From: an uncultured Eubacteriales bacterium
GTDB taxonomy: Bacteria; Bacillota; Clostridia; Oscillospirales; Acutalibacteraceae
NCBI GenBank assembly: GCA_964607025.1
Contig: CAZSIL010000007.1
Span: 1,935 to 65,934, forward strand
Reading direction: 5' to 3'
Length of the DNA: 64,000 bases
Under the pieces are notes generated by a model. It was not told the DNA's origin, ran no database searches, and saw only the letters and a program-made list of their open reading frames with translations. The translations under genes and the position numbers were made by a program. Positions 21,722-30,600 of this stretch are shown in pieces (the stretch's first letter is position 1; each line of letters starts with the position of its first letter).

Positions 21722-21750
21722 ATTATAGCCAATTTCCGCATATTTGTCAA
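21722..21750 (-). promoter_or_regulatory. Sigma-A promoter of the argGHCJBDF operon
   Basis: Minus strand reads TTGACA (21750-21745), 17 bp, TATAAT (21727-21722). Both hexamers are perfect consensus. Confidence 0.65.
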
Positions 21751-21757
21751 GCATCAA

Positions 21758-21790
21758 ATTAATATTTATGCAAAGTATATGCATATTTTT
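21758..21790 (-). promoter_or_regulatory. Candidate upstream ARG box cluster
   Basis: Minus strand reads ATATGCATATACTTTGCATAAATATTAAT. It contains a second copy of TGCATAAATATT and the palindrome TATGCA-N7-TGCATA just upstream of the -35. Confidence 0.45.
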
Positions 21791-21960
21791 CGATTTTCAA
21801 CAAAAATTGTGCATATTTCACAAATGTTGTGATATCTTAAAAAACGAACGATATAATTATAGCACTAACCTCGGCTATTATCAAGTATTATTTACCTATA
21901 ATTGTAAGTAATTTTTGCAGTAGTTTTGGGGAAATTTAAGTTATAGAGAGGATGATATTT

Positions 21961-22395
21961 ATGATAGAACAAGATACTATTAAACTTTTGAGAGAATGCG
22001 ATGCAGGTGTAAAAATGGGTGTGGCATCAATAGATGACGTATTACCGCACGTAAAATCGGAAAAGTTTAAAAAATTACTTACCGATTGCAAGGAAGAGCA
22101 CGAAAAACTAAGCCGTGAAATACAGGAACTTTTAGACAAATATGAAGACGACGGAAAAAATCCAAACCCAATAGCAAAAAGTATGTCTTGGATGAAGACA
22201 ACCGTAAAACTTGGTATAGAAGAATCAGATCACACAATTGCCGATTTAATGACAGACGGATGCAATATGGGTGTTAAATCACTTAATAGGTATCTTAATG
22301 AATATGAAGCAGCCGATGAAATATCAAAAGATATCGCGAAGCGTCTTATAAATCTTGAAGAAAAATTAGCTATTGATATAAGACAGTTTTTATAA
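21961..22395 (+). CDS. Hypothetical helical protein, possibly DUF2383/ferritin-like four-helix-bundle type
   Basis: 144 aa predicted all-helical. ATG at 21961 is 9 nt after GAGAGG, whereas the ATG at 21952 abuts the RBS. The family assignment is from memory of a similar pattern only. Confidence 0.4.
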   Translation: MIEQDTIKLLRECDAGVKMGVASIDDVLPHVKSEKFKKLLTDCKEEHEKLSREIQELLDKYEDDGKNPNPIAKSMSWMKTTVKLGIEESDHTIADLMTDGCNMGVKSLNRYLNEYEAADEISKDIAKRLINLEEKLAIDIRQFL

Positions 22396-22428
22396 AAAAG
22401 GCGGCAAGAAGACTTGCCGCCTAATTAA
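22394..22428. terminator. Shared terminator hairpin between convergent genes
   Basis: AGGCGGCAAG-aaga-CTTGCCGCCT (22399-22422). There is a U tract only for the minus-strand (MFS) transcript. Confidence 0.65.
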
Positions 22429-22430
22429 TA

Positions 22431-23711
22431 TTATTTGCTTCTTTTTTTAATAAGTCCAAAGCGTACATATATAACAGAAATAATCAATACAAGAACGCTT
22501 ATAATCGACATTACCTGTTGTGCATATAAACTAATACCAAAGATACTGTTATTATTACCTTGTATGTAATTAACTAATGGACTTGCCGCGAGCGTTGCCA
22601 AAAAGCCCATCACTCCCGATGCCGCCTGACAAATGGCTAATGCATCTGCACGGAATTCGGGCTCAGCATAATCGAACACTAAATTTATAAGCGCACTGTT
22701 TACGCCGCCAAGTGCTATGCCGTGAAAAATATTGTAGCCCGCCACCATAACTATACCATTTTTGGGGGTTGCAAACACCATACAAAAATATCCAAGCGCT
22801 AAAACTAAAAGGCATTTTTCAATCATTACGGCAAATGAATTTCTATCGGCATACTTACCCCAAAATCTCGATACAAGAATTCGAGCAACACTCCCTACTA
22901 TTGCAAGAGCAGTAACCAGTTTTAAGCTGAACCCAAGCTCATTAATATTGTAAGTATTATAGAATGGTACGGTGCAATAGGTCGAAATATAATACAAAAT
23001 AAATATTACCGTAATGCCTAGAATTTTTTTATTTTTAAATACGTCACTTATTGTTTTGCATAAACTCTTCCGTACTGTTGTTGGCAAAGGTCTTTCGACG
23101 GTAAATACCATTATTGCGGTATGTAATCCAGTTATTACAAAGAGTACTATTGCAGATATTATAAACGCTGTTCTGATTTTTCCTATTTCGGCAAAATAGT
23201 CCACCATAGCACCCATAACAAAGGAAAAAATCATACCAGACACCAGAGAAATCATCTCTTTGTTTGCTGTAAAAACACCGCGATGACTGTCATCCACCAA
23301 AGACATCATCCAATTTATCTTCTTGGGATGTGCAAAGTTAAAAGCGAAATACGCCAAAAAGATAGCAGCAACAAATAATCCAATATTTACTTGTCTGGGC
23401 ACTCTCATTAATGGAATAATAAACAGCAAAGAAAATAACACTTGATTTATAATGCTCCATATAACAACAAACGGTTTTACAGTATTTTTTCTCATAAATA
23501 TTGAAAGCAATTGAAAAACACATCCGAGCGAAATAAATGAAGAAATTATACCTGTTAAACTATCACTCATGCCTAACTGTTTTGTTAACGTAGCAAGAAA
23601 TGAACCAGCTACTAATAAAGACATTAAATGCTCGAACGCCGCCTGTAATATAAACATAATTCCGCTTGATTTCATTAGTTGACGTTTAGTTTTATTCATG
23701 AAACTCATCAC
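22431..23711 (-). CDS. MFS transporter
   Basis: 426 aa with about 12 predicted TM helices. Substrate unknown. Confidence 0.75.
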   Translation of the reverse strand: MMSFMNKTKRQLMKSSGIMFILQAAFEHLMSLLVAGSFLATLTKQLGMSDSLTGIISSFISLGCVFQLLSIFMRKNTVKPFVVIWSIINQVLFSLLFIIPLMRVPRQVNIGLFVAAIFLAYFAFNFAHPKKINWMMSLVDDSHRGVFTANKEMISLVSGMIFSFVMGAMVDYFAEIGKIRTAFIISAIVLFVITGLHTAIMVFTVERPLPTTVRKSLCKTISDVFKNKKILGITVIFILYYISTYCTVPFYNTYNINELGFSLKLVTALAIVGSVARILVSRFWGKYADRNSFAVMIEKCLLVLALGYFCMVFATPKNGIVMVAGYNIFHGIALGGVNSALINLVFDYAEPEFRADALAICQAASGVMGFLATLAASPLVNYIQGNNNSIFGISLYAQQVMSIISVLVLIISVIYVRFGLIKKRSK

Positions 23712-23841
23712 CCATAGAATATTATCACAAAAAAACTATTGAATCAACTAAACTAGTTACGAAACTTTTTCGAAAAACACTTGACCTTTATAATAATGAC
23801 TTTATAATTAGAATAGATACTATTAATTGCAGGTGAATAAT

Positions 23842-24801
23842 ATGACAATGCGTGAATTAGCAAAAATCGTTAACGTATCAGTTTCGACCGTCTCAAAGGC
23901 GTTTTGCGATGCCGCCGATGTAAGTAATGATACAAAACAGTTGATTTTTGATGCAGCCAAAAAATACGGTTGCTACGGCAAATATTATAAAGGTAAATAT
24001 CCAAAACCGATAATCGCCATAATATGCCCCGAGATTATAAGCGGTTTATATACAGAATATGTAGCAAATCTGCAAAATGTAATTGAATCTAATGGCGGAA
24101 TACCGGTAATTTCCTCAACACATTTTGACAAATCTGCCAAGGAAGAATTGATTGATTATTATGTCTCTCACCTTGGTGTTGACGGTGTTTTTGTTATCGG
24201 CGGTGTAGAAAAATTCAAAAAAGGATACAATACCCCGATCGTCTCCATACTAGGTTCAGACAATTCACGAACCGACAGTGTTACGGCCGATATAAATACG
24301 CCTATTTTTGAAGCTGTAGAAATTCTTAAAGACTTAGGGCACAAACAAATCGCCTTCATAGGCGAGGCGCTTACAACTGGAAAATCAGAAGTATTTTCCA
24401 GAGCTTTAAATGACCCTACTGCAAATAATGTATTTGAGAGCAAATACCGCTTTGAAATGGCGGGTGAAGACGGTGCCGAACAGATACTAAACAGCGATAT
24501 TGATTACACCGCCATAATCTGCGCCTATGATGAAATTGCTTTTGGTGCTATGAAATATTTAAAGCGACAGGGATTTTCTATACCGCAGGATTTTTCAGTA
24601 ATAGGTATTGATAATAACAACGTATCCAAGTATCTCGAAACGGCTCTTACAACCATCGGTACCGACGTTAATGAACTTTGTATGATAGCTTGGGATTTAA
24701 TGGAAAAGAAAATGAAAAATAAATACTATACAAGCCACCAAAATATCACACTTACAGGTAAAATATTTCTGCGTGAAACGGTCGGCAAAGCGAAAATTTA
24801 G
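23842..24801 (+). CDS. LacI-family transcriptional regulator
   Basis: N-terminal HTH MTMRELAKIVNVSVSTVSKAF plus a periplasmic-binding-protein-like core. ATG at 23842 follows an AGGTGA RBS. Confidence 0.85.
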   Translation: MTMRELAKIVNVSVSTVSKAFCDAADVSNDTKQLIFDAAKKYGCYGKYYKGKYPKPIIAIICPEIISGLYTEYVANLQNVIESNGGIPVISSTHFDKSAKEELIDYYVSHLGVDGVFVIGGVEKFKKGYNTPIVSILGSDNSRTDSVTADINTPIFEAVEILKDLGHKQIAFIGEALTTGKSEVFSRALNDPTANNVFESKYRFEMAGEDGAEQILNSDIDYTAIICAYDEIAFGAMKYLKRQGFSIPQDFSVIGIDNNNVSKYLETALTTIGTDVNELCMIAWDLMEKKMKNKYYTSHQNITLTGKIFLRETVGKAKI

Positions 24802-24808
24802 ATAAATT

Positions 24809-24838
24809 TTAAGGGGGCATTCGTAAATGCCCCCTTAA
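24809..24838. other. Strong GC hairpin without a U tract between the convergent LacI-family gene and spoIVB
   Basis: TTAAGGGGGCAT-tcgtaa-ATGCCCCCTTAA. A second hairpin, GGAACGAC-acgcag-GTCGTTCC, lies at 24866-24887. Confidence 0.4.
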
Positions 24839-24900
24839 AATTATGATGCATCCTTTTTGTCATACGGAACGACACGCAGGTCGTTCCCTACATTATAATT

Positions 24901-26148
24901 TTATGATACTTCTTGCAAACGGGACTTATTGGCGCAGTCCCCTACTGTTTGTGCAGTTTCTAACATATTTTCGGCAAAGATACCATAACCCTTGTTGGGC
25001 TCATCTATCAGCACGTGGGTTACTGCGCCGATTAGTTTCCCGTTTTGAATTATGGGGCTGCCTGACATACCCTGCACTATTCCACCTGTTATTTTAAGCA
25101 AGGTATCATCAGTTATTTCAACCAGCAAATTTTGTGTTTTAGTGTTTGATTTAATTATGCTTACTTTACATTTATATTTTTTCGGTATGGCACCATCTAC
25201 AGTAGAAAGAATATAAGCGTCTCCATTGCTTATCTCTTGTTTTAAGGCAACTTGCATCATCTCACCCGACAGAGCGTTATTGCATTTACCGTAGACACCC
25301 GCGGCACAGTTAAGAGAAAAATCGGCATATTTTGTAGGCAATATCCGTCCGTGCAGTTCACCTGGCGCGCCTTTCTCTGCCCTTGTATATGATACAATTT
25401 CGGCGCCGACAATTTCACCAGAATTAATCGTCAACACTTTGCCCGTATCGCTATCGGTTACACTATGCCCAAGCCCACACAGAACGTCGTTTGCGGGACA
25501 GTAAAACGTGAGTGTACCGATACCTGCCGAACTATCGCGCACCCAAATCCCCGCCTTGTAACTGCCTGTACTTTGTGAGAGCAAGGGTTTGAGCGTTATA
25601 TTCTTAATCACATTATCACGTCTAATCACAAACTTCATCTGTTTTCCATTTGATTCTTCAATAAGTGCGGCAACGTCTTCATTAGTGTAGACCTTCTGCC
25701 CATTTACAGAAAGAATAAAGTCACCGATTTTCAGTCCTGCGAGTTCAGCAGGTTTTTGATATCCACCCTTGGCGTCGACGTCACTTATATCTATTACAAG
25801 CACACCTTCGGTATAAATTTTCATACCGAAAGGCAAACCTAAAACCGAAACGTACATATCATCGACGATTTCAACGCTGACTTTTTTCACCGGTATTATA
25901 CCGAAAATTTTAAGTTCTACGTTATACTTTGAACCGACCGTATTATAAAGTTTTGAATCCACCGAAATATCATCACATCTTGTAACGCTAAGCGGTACTG
26001 CGCAGTTAATTTTCAAATCGGAATTGCTTATAACCTTATATTCTTGTTCAGATGCACCGTCGGCCACAAAAATTGCAGCGAAAATTACAACCGCCAAAAT
26101 CATTAGAAAGATTGTTAAAATTTTGAAAATATTCGAAACAGATTTCAA
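24901..26148 (-). CDS. spoIVB: SpoIVB signalling serine peptidase (S55)
   Basis: N-terminal TM, PDZ region (GLKIGDFILSVNG) and peptidase domain (GIGTLTFY...GHSVTD...GMSGSPII). TTG start at 26148 follows AAGGGGGGA. Confidence 0.9.
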   Translation of the reverse strand: MKSVSNIFKILTIFLMILAVVIFAAIFVADGASEQEYKVISNSDLKINCAVPLSVTRCDDISVDSKLYNTVGSKYNVELKIFGIIPVKKVSVEIVDDMYVSVLGLPFGMKIYTEGVLVIDISDVDAKGGYQKPAELAGLKIGDFILSVNGQKVYTNEDVAALIEESNGKQMKFVIRRDNVIKNITLKPLLSQSTGSYKAGIWVRDSSAGIGTLTFYCPANDVLCGLGHSVTDSDTGKVLTINSGEIVGAEIVSYTRAEKGAPGELHGRILPTKYADFSLNCAAGVYGKCNNALSGEMMQVALKQEISNGDAYILSTVDGAIPKKYKCKVSIIKSNTKTQNLLVEITDDTLLKITGGIVQGMSGSPIIQNGKLIGAVTHVLIDEPNKGYGIFAENMLETAQTVGDCANKSRLQEVS

Positions 26149-26233
26149 AAAAATCCCCCCTTAAAAAACCTGTTTGCAAAATTACTTTGTGCAAATTAAA
26201 AGGTTTTATAAGGGGTAAGTTTTTCTTTAATAA

Positions 26234-26485
26234 TTAATTCACTTTCATAAATTCGCAATTTACCAAAATTGTTTCATTTCCAATTACTTCTATATCCTTC
26301 CAAGGAATTACGATGTCATTTTCCTTGCCGAAAATTCCTAAAAAATGGTTTTTGCCGAAAATTACAATTGACGTCAGCTGGCCTGTTTCGGTATCAAACT
26401 CAATATCCGAAACATTACCTAAAATTCCGCCGTTTTTTACGCAAACAACCTGTTTATCCTTTAATTCATCAATTCTATAAATCAT
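26234..26485 (-). CDS. YlmC/YmxH-family sporulation protein (PRC-barrel)
   Basis: MIYRIDELKDKQVVCVKNGGILGNVSDIEFDTETGQLTSIVI is typical of the family. ATG at 26485 has a GGGAGTGA RBS. Confidence 0.85.
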   Translation of the reverse strand: MIYRIDELKDKQVVCVKNGGILGNVSDIEFDTETGQLTSIVIFGKNHFLGIFGKENDIVIPWKDIEVIGNETILVNCEFMKVN

Positions 26486-26530
26486 ATAAATCACTCCCAT
26501 TAATTTATATGATTATAACATTTCAAATTT

Positions 26531-27295
26531 TCAATTTTTGATTTTTTGGAGCGCAAATTTTTCAAGACGAGATACCTGCGCTTGTGATATGCCGATTTCT
26601 TCGGACACTTCCATTTGCGTTTTACCCTTTATAAACCTAAGGGATAGTATCTTTTTTTCGCGGTCGCTTAAATTCTTAATTGCTTCGCGAAACGAAATTT
26701 CTTCGAGCCAGTTTTTATCATCGTTATTGTCGCCGACCTGATCTAGCATGTAAATTGTGTCGCCGCCATCCGAATAAATTGGCTCATAGAGGGATATGGG
26801 GTCAACCACACTCTCAAGTGCTATCACAACATCACTAGATGGTATCTGCAGTTCGGTTGCAATTTCGGTAATGGTTGGTTCACGGTTTAATTTATTTATA
26901 AGTTGTTCTTTTACCTGCATGGCGCGGTAAGCAGTATCCTTAATAGAACGGCTGACACGAATTGAATTATTATCCCTTAAATACCTTCTGATTTCACCAA
27001 TTATCATAGGAACAGCATAGGTCGAAAATTTTACATTATGACTATCATCAAAGTTATCTATTGCTTTTATTAAACCAATACAACCAACTTGAAATAGGTC
27101 ATCTAAATTCTCGCCTCTACTTGTAAAACGTTGTATAACGCTTAAAATAAGACGTAAATTGCCATTTATTAGCCGTTCTCTGGATTCCTTATTGCCGTTT
27201 TTGGTTTCCTTTAAAAGCCGCATCTTATCCGTCTCTTTCAAAATCGGCAATTTTGATGTATCGACGCCGCAAATCACAACCTTTGTTTTATACAA
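26531..27295 (-). CDS. sigG: Forespore sigma factor SigG
   Basis: KVVICGVDTSKLPILK...NGNLRLILSVIQRF...DDLFQVGCIGLIKAIDNFD..HNVKFSTYAVPMIIGEIRRYLRDNN is nearly collinear with B. subtilis SigG as I remember it. TTG at 27295 is 8 nt after GGAGG. Confidence 0.9.
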   Translation of the reverse strand: MYKTKVVICGVDTSKLPILKETDKMRLLKETKNGNKESRERLINGNLRLILSVIQRFTSRGENLDDLFQVGCIGLIKAIDNFDDSHNVKFSTYAVPMIIGEIRRYLRDNNSIRVSRSIKDTAYRAMQVKEQLINKLNREPTITEIATELQIPSSDVVIALESVVDPISLYEPIYSDGGDTIYMLDQVGDNNDDKNWLEEISFREAIKNLSDREKKILSLRFIKGKTQMEVSEEIGISQAQVSRLEKFALQKIKN

Positions 27296-27353
27296 AAACA
27301 ACACCTCCGTACAATTAAATTATTACCTGAAATGTTGTTAAATAAACTAAAAT

Positions 27354-27388
27354 AAAAAAATAAAGAGAGTTCGAAAACTCTCTTTATT
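27354..27388 (-). terminator. Terminator of the ftsE...coiled-coil operon, just upstream of sigG
   Basis: Hairpin AAAGAGAGTT-cgaa-AACTCTCTTT is followed on the minus strand by TTTTTTTATTTT. The stop codon of the upstream gene lies in the hairpin. Confidence 0.75.
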
Positions 27389-27872
27389 GCTCCATAATAC
27401 TTTTAAAATACTCTATTGCTTCATCGCGCACTGAATCAATCATTTGCATTTTGTTATCAAGTGACACTTCACTAGAAACGATATTTAAAATTTCGGATTT
27501 TGCAACTTCTGTGCGTCCTAAAATTAAATTTAAAAGTTCCTTTAAATTTTCTTTACCACAATTACCCAATAAATTGCTATGTTGGGTTGCAGAAATAACA
27601 ATTTCACCGATAATTTTTGAGCCATACTCAATCTCGGGAGAAAGCTCAATTGACTCTTCAATGTCTACTCTTTCTTGGATTTCTTCTTCGGTTACGGTTT
27701 CATTAACTGACTCGCTACTTTTTTCGTTTTTTGCGGCAAGTTGTTCAGTTAAATTTTGGATTTGCAACTTTAACGACTGATTTTCTTCTGTTAAGCGGCG
27801 GCAATTTAAGTTCGCAATCTGGAGTTTGTCAAACAGTTCCCTGTTTTGCTTTATCAAAAGTTTACCGTTCAC
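27384..27872 (-). CDS. Hypothetical coiled-coil protein
   Basis: 162 aa with N-terminal heptad-like LQIANL...LKLQIQNLTEQL, an acidic middle and a helical C-terminus. Its start overlaps the VanZ stop by 11 nt. I recognise no family. Confidence 0.5.
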   Translation of the reverse strand: MNGKLLIKQNRELFDKLQIANLNCRRLTEENQSLKLQIQNLTEQLAAKNEKSSESVNETVTEEEIQERVDIEESIELSPEIEYGSKIIGEIVISATQHSNLLGNCGKENLKELLNLILGRTEVAKSEILNIVSSEVSLDNKMQMIDSVRDEAIEYFKSIMEQ

Positions 27873-28377
27873 TTGCCTTCCTCCTAACTATAAATCTGCA
27901 AGAAATCTTTTTAATAATAAAAAACACTAAGTTGATAAATATAATACCGAAAATGATTCCAAACGTATCAAGTAAAACATCACTCACCTGCCCACTGCGA
28001 CCAGGGACAAGGAGTTGATGTATTTCATCGCTAATAGCATACAAAACCGAAAATCCAAACGACGACAAGGACTTATAAAACTTTGTTATTTTATCAAAAG
28101 TTAATGCAAAACCACAAACCGACGCACCCAACATAAAATATATAAGAAAATGTGCTGACTTGCGAACAAAAAATTGCAAAGAACTTATAAATGTTATTTG
28201 AAAATCTATCGGTTTGCTTTCAAAATCCTCAAAAATAATATTCGCAATTACCTTGATTACTCTGCCGCTGCTTTGATTGGAAACAGCTGCTGTTTGACAA
28301 GACATTAAGAATATATAAATCATTATTGCTAAAGATAGAGCCAAAAATAAATAACGAAAAATTAGTGTTTTTCTCAT
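27862..28377 (-). CDS. VanZ-family membrane protein
   Basis: SDEIHQLLVPGRSGQVSDVLLDTFG motif and 4-5 TM helices. It overlaps the M23 gene stop (ATGA). Confidence 0.75.
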   Translation of the reverse strand: MRKTLIFRYLFLALSLAIMIYIFLMSCQTAAVSNQSSGRVIKVIANIIFEDFESKPIDFQITFISSLQFFVRKSAHFLIYFMLGASVCGFALTFDKITKFYKSLSSFGFSVLYAISDEIHQLLVPGRSGQVSDVLLDTFGIIFGIIFINLVFFIIKKISCRFIVRRKASER

Positions 28378-29576
28378 TTCAAATAGTTTTTCGGATTTTG
28401 ATAAGAACTGTTAACGCTAACGGCAAAATGCAGATGATTACCCGCGGAAAAACCGGAAGTGCCAACATATCCGATAACCTGTCCTCTATTATAATATTTA
28501 TCCAATTTCATACCCGAAACAACTGATTTCATATGACCGTAAATTGTTAAATATGAATCACCATTGTATCTACCATGAGACAAACGCACGTGGTTACCAA
28601 ATCCATTACCGCAACCACACGAATAGGTTTTATAATAATCGTGAGTGCAATTATTAGTGAACTTAGTTACCCAACCCGAAGCTGCCGCAACAATCGGCTT
28701 TCCGCGAATATTTCCCCCTGCAATATCAATTCCATTGTGATTTCCACGATGAAGACTGCAACTACATTTCCAAGGAGATGATATATAATAATGCCCAGGC
28801 ACCGGCCACGTAAAAGTTCCATCAAACGCGGCATCAACATCACCGCCATAAAGCAAGGAGTTCAGATACTCATTTTGTTTTTGCAATGCTTTCTTTTGTG
28901 CTTCGGCAGAGTTAATATCTTTATTCAGTTCGTAAATAACATTATTTACATCGGCAACGTCATTATCGTAGCCGGCTTTTGCCACTTTTAACTCTGCCAT
29001 AAGCTCGTTTTGCTCTTCTTGCCGTTTTTTATTTGCTTCGATTTCTTTATTTATAGTTGCAATGGATGCGGTTAAACTTTCTATTAATGCTTTATCCTGT
29101 GCTGTAATACACTTAGTAAGTTCCAAGCGAATTAAAAAATCCGAAAAAGATTCCGCACCCATTATAAGTTGCAAAGAATTATTTGTATTGCTATTATAAA
29201 GCGACCTCAATCGCTTTTTAAATTGCTCTTTTGTGTCATAAATTTCTTTATTAGCTTCTTCAATCTTTTTCTCGCTTTTAGCAACCTCCGCCTTAAGAGA
29301 ACTAATTAAATTATTACAGATATCGATTCTTGACTGATAATTACTAATCTTTGAGTCTAATAAATTTTTAAGTTCAGTTTGTTTATTCTTATCATTTTTA
29401 GCATCAGCTATCTGCTGATTTAATTGCTCTTCTTTTTTCTTGTTAGCGGCAAGTTGCTCTTTTGCATCACTAACAGTATCAGCCGATGCCGGTAAAACCG
29501 CAACGGCAGAAAATGCTGTGAATATAAAAATCAAAATAAGAAAAATCGACAAAACTCTTTTAAGGTAAACCTTCAT
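28374..29576 (-). CDS. Secreted coiled-coil M23 (LytM-type) metallopeptidase, EnvC/PcsB-like partner of FtsEX
   Basis: Signal peptide, about 230-aa coiled coil, then an M23 domain with HNGID (HxxxD) and HLH (HxH). There are Cys-rich insertions (CSCS, CGCG). Confidence 0.85.
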   Translation of the reverse strand: MKVYLKRVLSIFLILIFIFTAFSAVAVLPASADTVSDAKEQLAANKKKEEQLNQQIADAKNDKNKQTELKNLLDSKISNYQSRIDICNNLISSLKAEVAKSEKKIEEANKEIYDTKEQFKKRLRSLYNSNTNNSLQLIMGAESFSDFLIRLELTKCITAQDKALIESLTASIATINKEIEANKKRQEEQNELMAELKVAKAGYDNDVADVNNVIYELNKDINSAEAQKKALQKQNEYLNSLLYGGDVDAAFDGTFTWPVPGHYYISSPWKCSCSLHRGNHNGIDIAGGNIRGKPIVAAASGWVTKFTNNCTHDYYKTYSCGCGNGFGNHVRLSHGRYNGDSYLTIYGHMKSVVSGMKLDKYYNRGQVIGYVGTSGFSAGNHLHFAVSVNSSYQNPKNYLK

Positions 29577-29589
29577 AAAATCCTCCGTA

Positions 29590-30600
29590 TTAAATTGCGG
29601 AAAACTCGCTGCCTTCCTTCTTTAAATACTTTCCTATCATTATCGCACTACCGAATATACCCGTCAACACACCGATTGCTGCAAATAAGCCAAGCAGCAT
29701 CCATGCCGCATCGGCAAAAGGAACAATCTGCCCTGAATCAAGTGAGGAAATGATTGTTTCGGTTGCCACACGATAACAAAAATAAACTACTCCTTCGGCA
29801 AAAATCGCCGAAATAAGACCGATCAAAACACCTTCAACTATAAACGGTATACGTATAAATGCATCGGTTGCCCCAACCGCCTTCATGATACTGATTTGCA
29901 GTTTTCTGTTATACATAGTAACACGGATTGTGTTCGAAACAATTACAAGGGAAATAACCAACAGTATGGCAATAATCCAAACACCTGCAACGCCGATACC
30001 GTTTTTAATAGAATTAATCTTCTCCGCCATATCACCTTGCGATTGAATAGAATTTACCCCGTTAACAGTCTTGATTTTATCGACCGTAGCATTAAAGGTT
30101 CCCATATCTTTAAGGTGTACTCTTGCGCCGTCCGACAACGGATTTCCATTTTCTTCATCAAGGAACTCGAAGTACTCATCCTGGCCTTCAAGCATAGTTG
30201 ATTTAACTTCTTCAAGCGCCTGTTCTTTTGATATAAATTCAACTTCTGCCACGTTATCGAGTTTCGCAAGTTCATCGCAAACCGCTCTTGCTTCTTCTTC
30301 GTTATGGATTAAATAATGAGAATCCGCAATTTTTTCAATATCAAATTCTTCACCTTCTGCTAAAATCGGTGCGGCATCGCCATAAAGAACCGAGTTTTTA
30401 TCGTTAAAATAAACCATAACAACGTTTTGTTGTTCAAGATTACCGATAATTTTATCAATGTTCATTGAAATAAGCAAAGCAAGCCCTATTAATACCATAC
30501 AAGCGGTTAAAACACCGACAGAAGCAATGGTCATTAGACGGTTTACCCAAACGTTTTTGCAACCTTCACCGGTAAGGTAACGAACACTATGTAACTTCAT
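29590..30600 (-). CDS. ftsX: Cell-division ABC permease-like protein FtsX
   Basis: TM1, large extracellular domain and 3 C-terminal TM helices. The start overlaps the ftsE stop (TAATG). Confidence 0.85.
   Translation of the reverse strand: MKLHSVRYLTGEGCKNVWVNRLMTIASVGVLTACMVLIGLALLISMNIDKIIGNLEQQNVVMVYFNDKNSVLYGDAAPILAEGEEFDIEKIADSHYLIHNEEEARAVCDELAKLDNVAEVEFISKEQALEEVKSTMLEGQDEYFEFLDEENGNPLSDGARVHLKDMGTFNATVDKIKTVNGVNSIQSQGDMAEKINSIKNGIGVAGVWIIAILLVISLVIVSNTIRVTMYNRKLQISIMKAVGATDAFIRIPFIVEGVLIGLISAIFAEGVVYFCYRVATETIISSLDSGQIVPFADAAWMLLGLFAAIGVLTGIFGSAIMIGKYLKKEGSEFSAI

Noticed and set aside
24843-25097. 84-aa plus-strand ORF beginning in the LacI/spoIVB intergenic region
   Set aside because: Most of it overlaps the spoIVB 3' end in antisense. 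It has no RBS, and its N-terminal part is simply the hairpin region.
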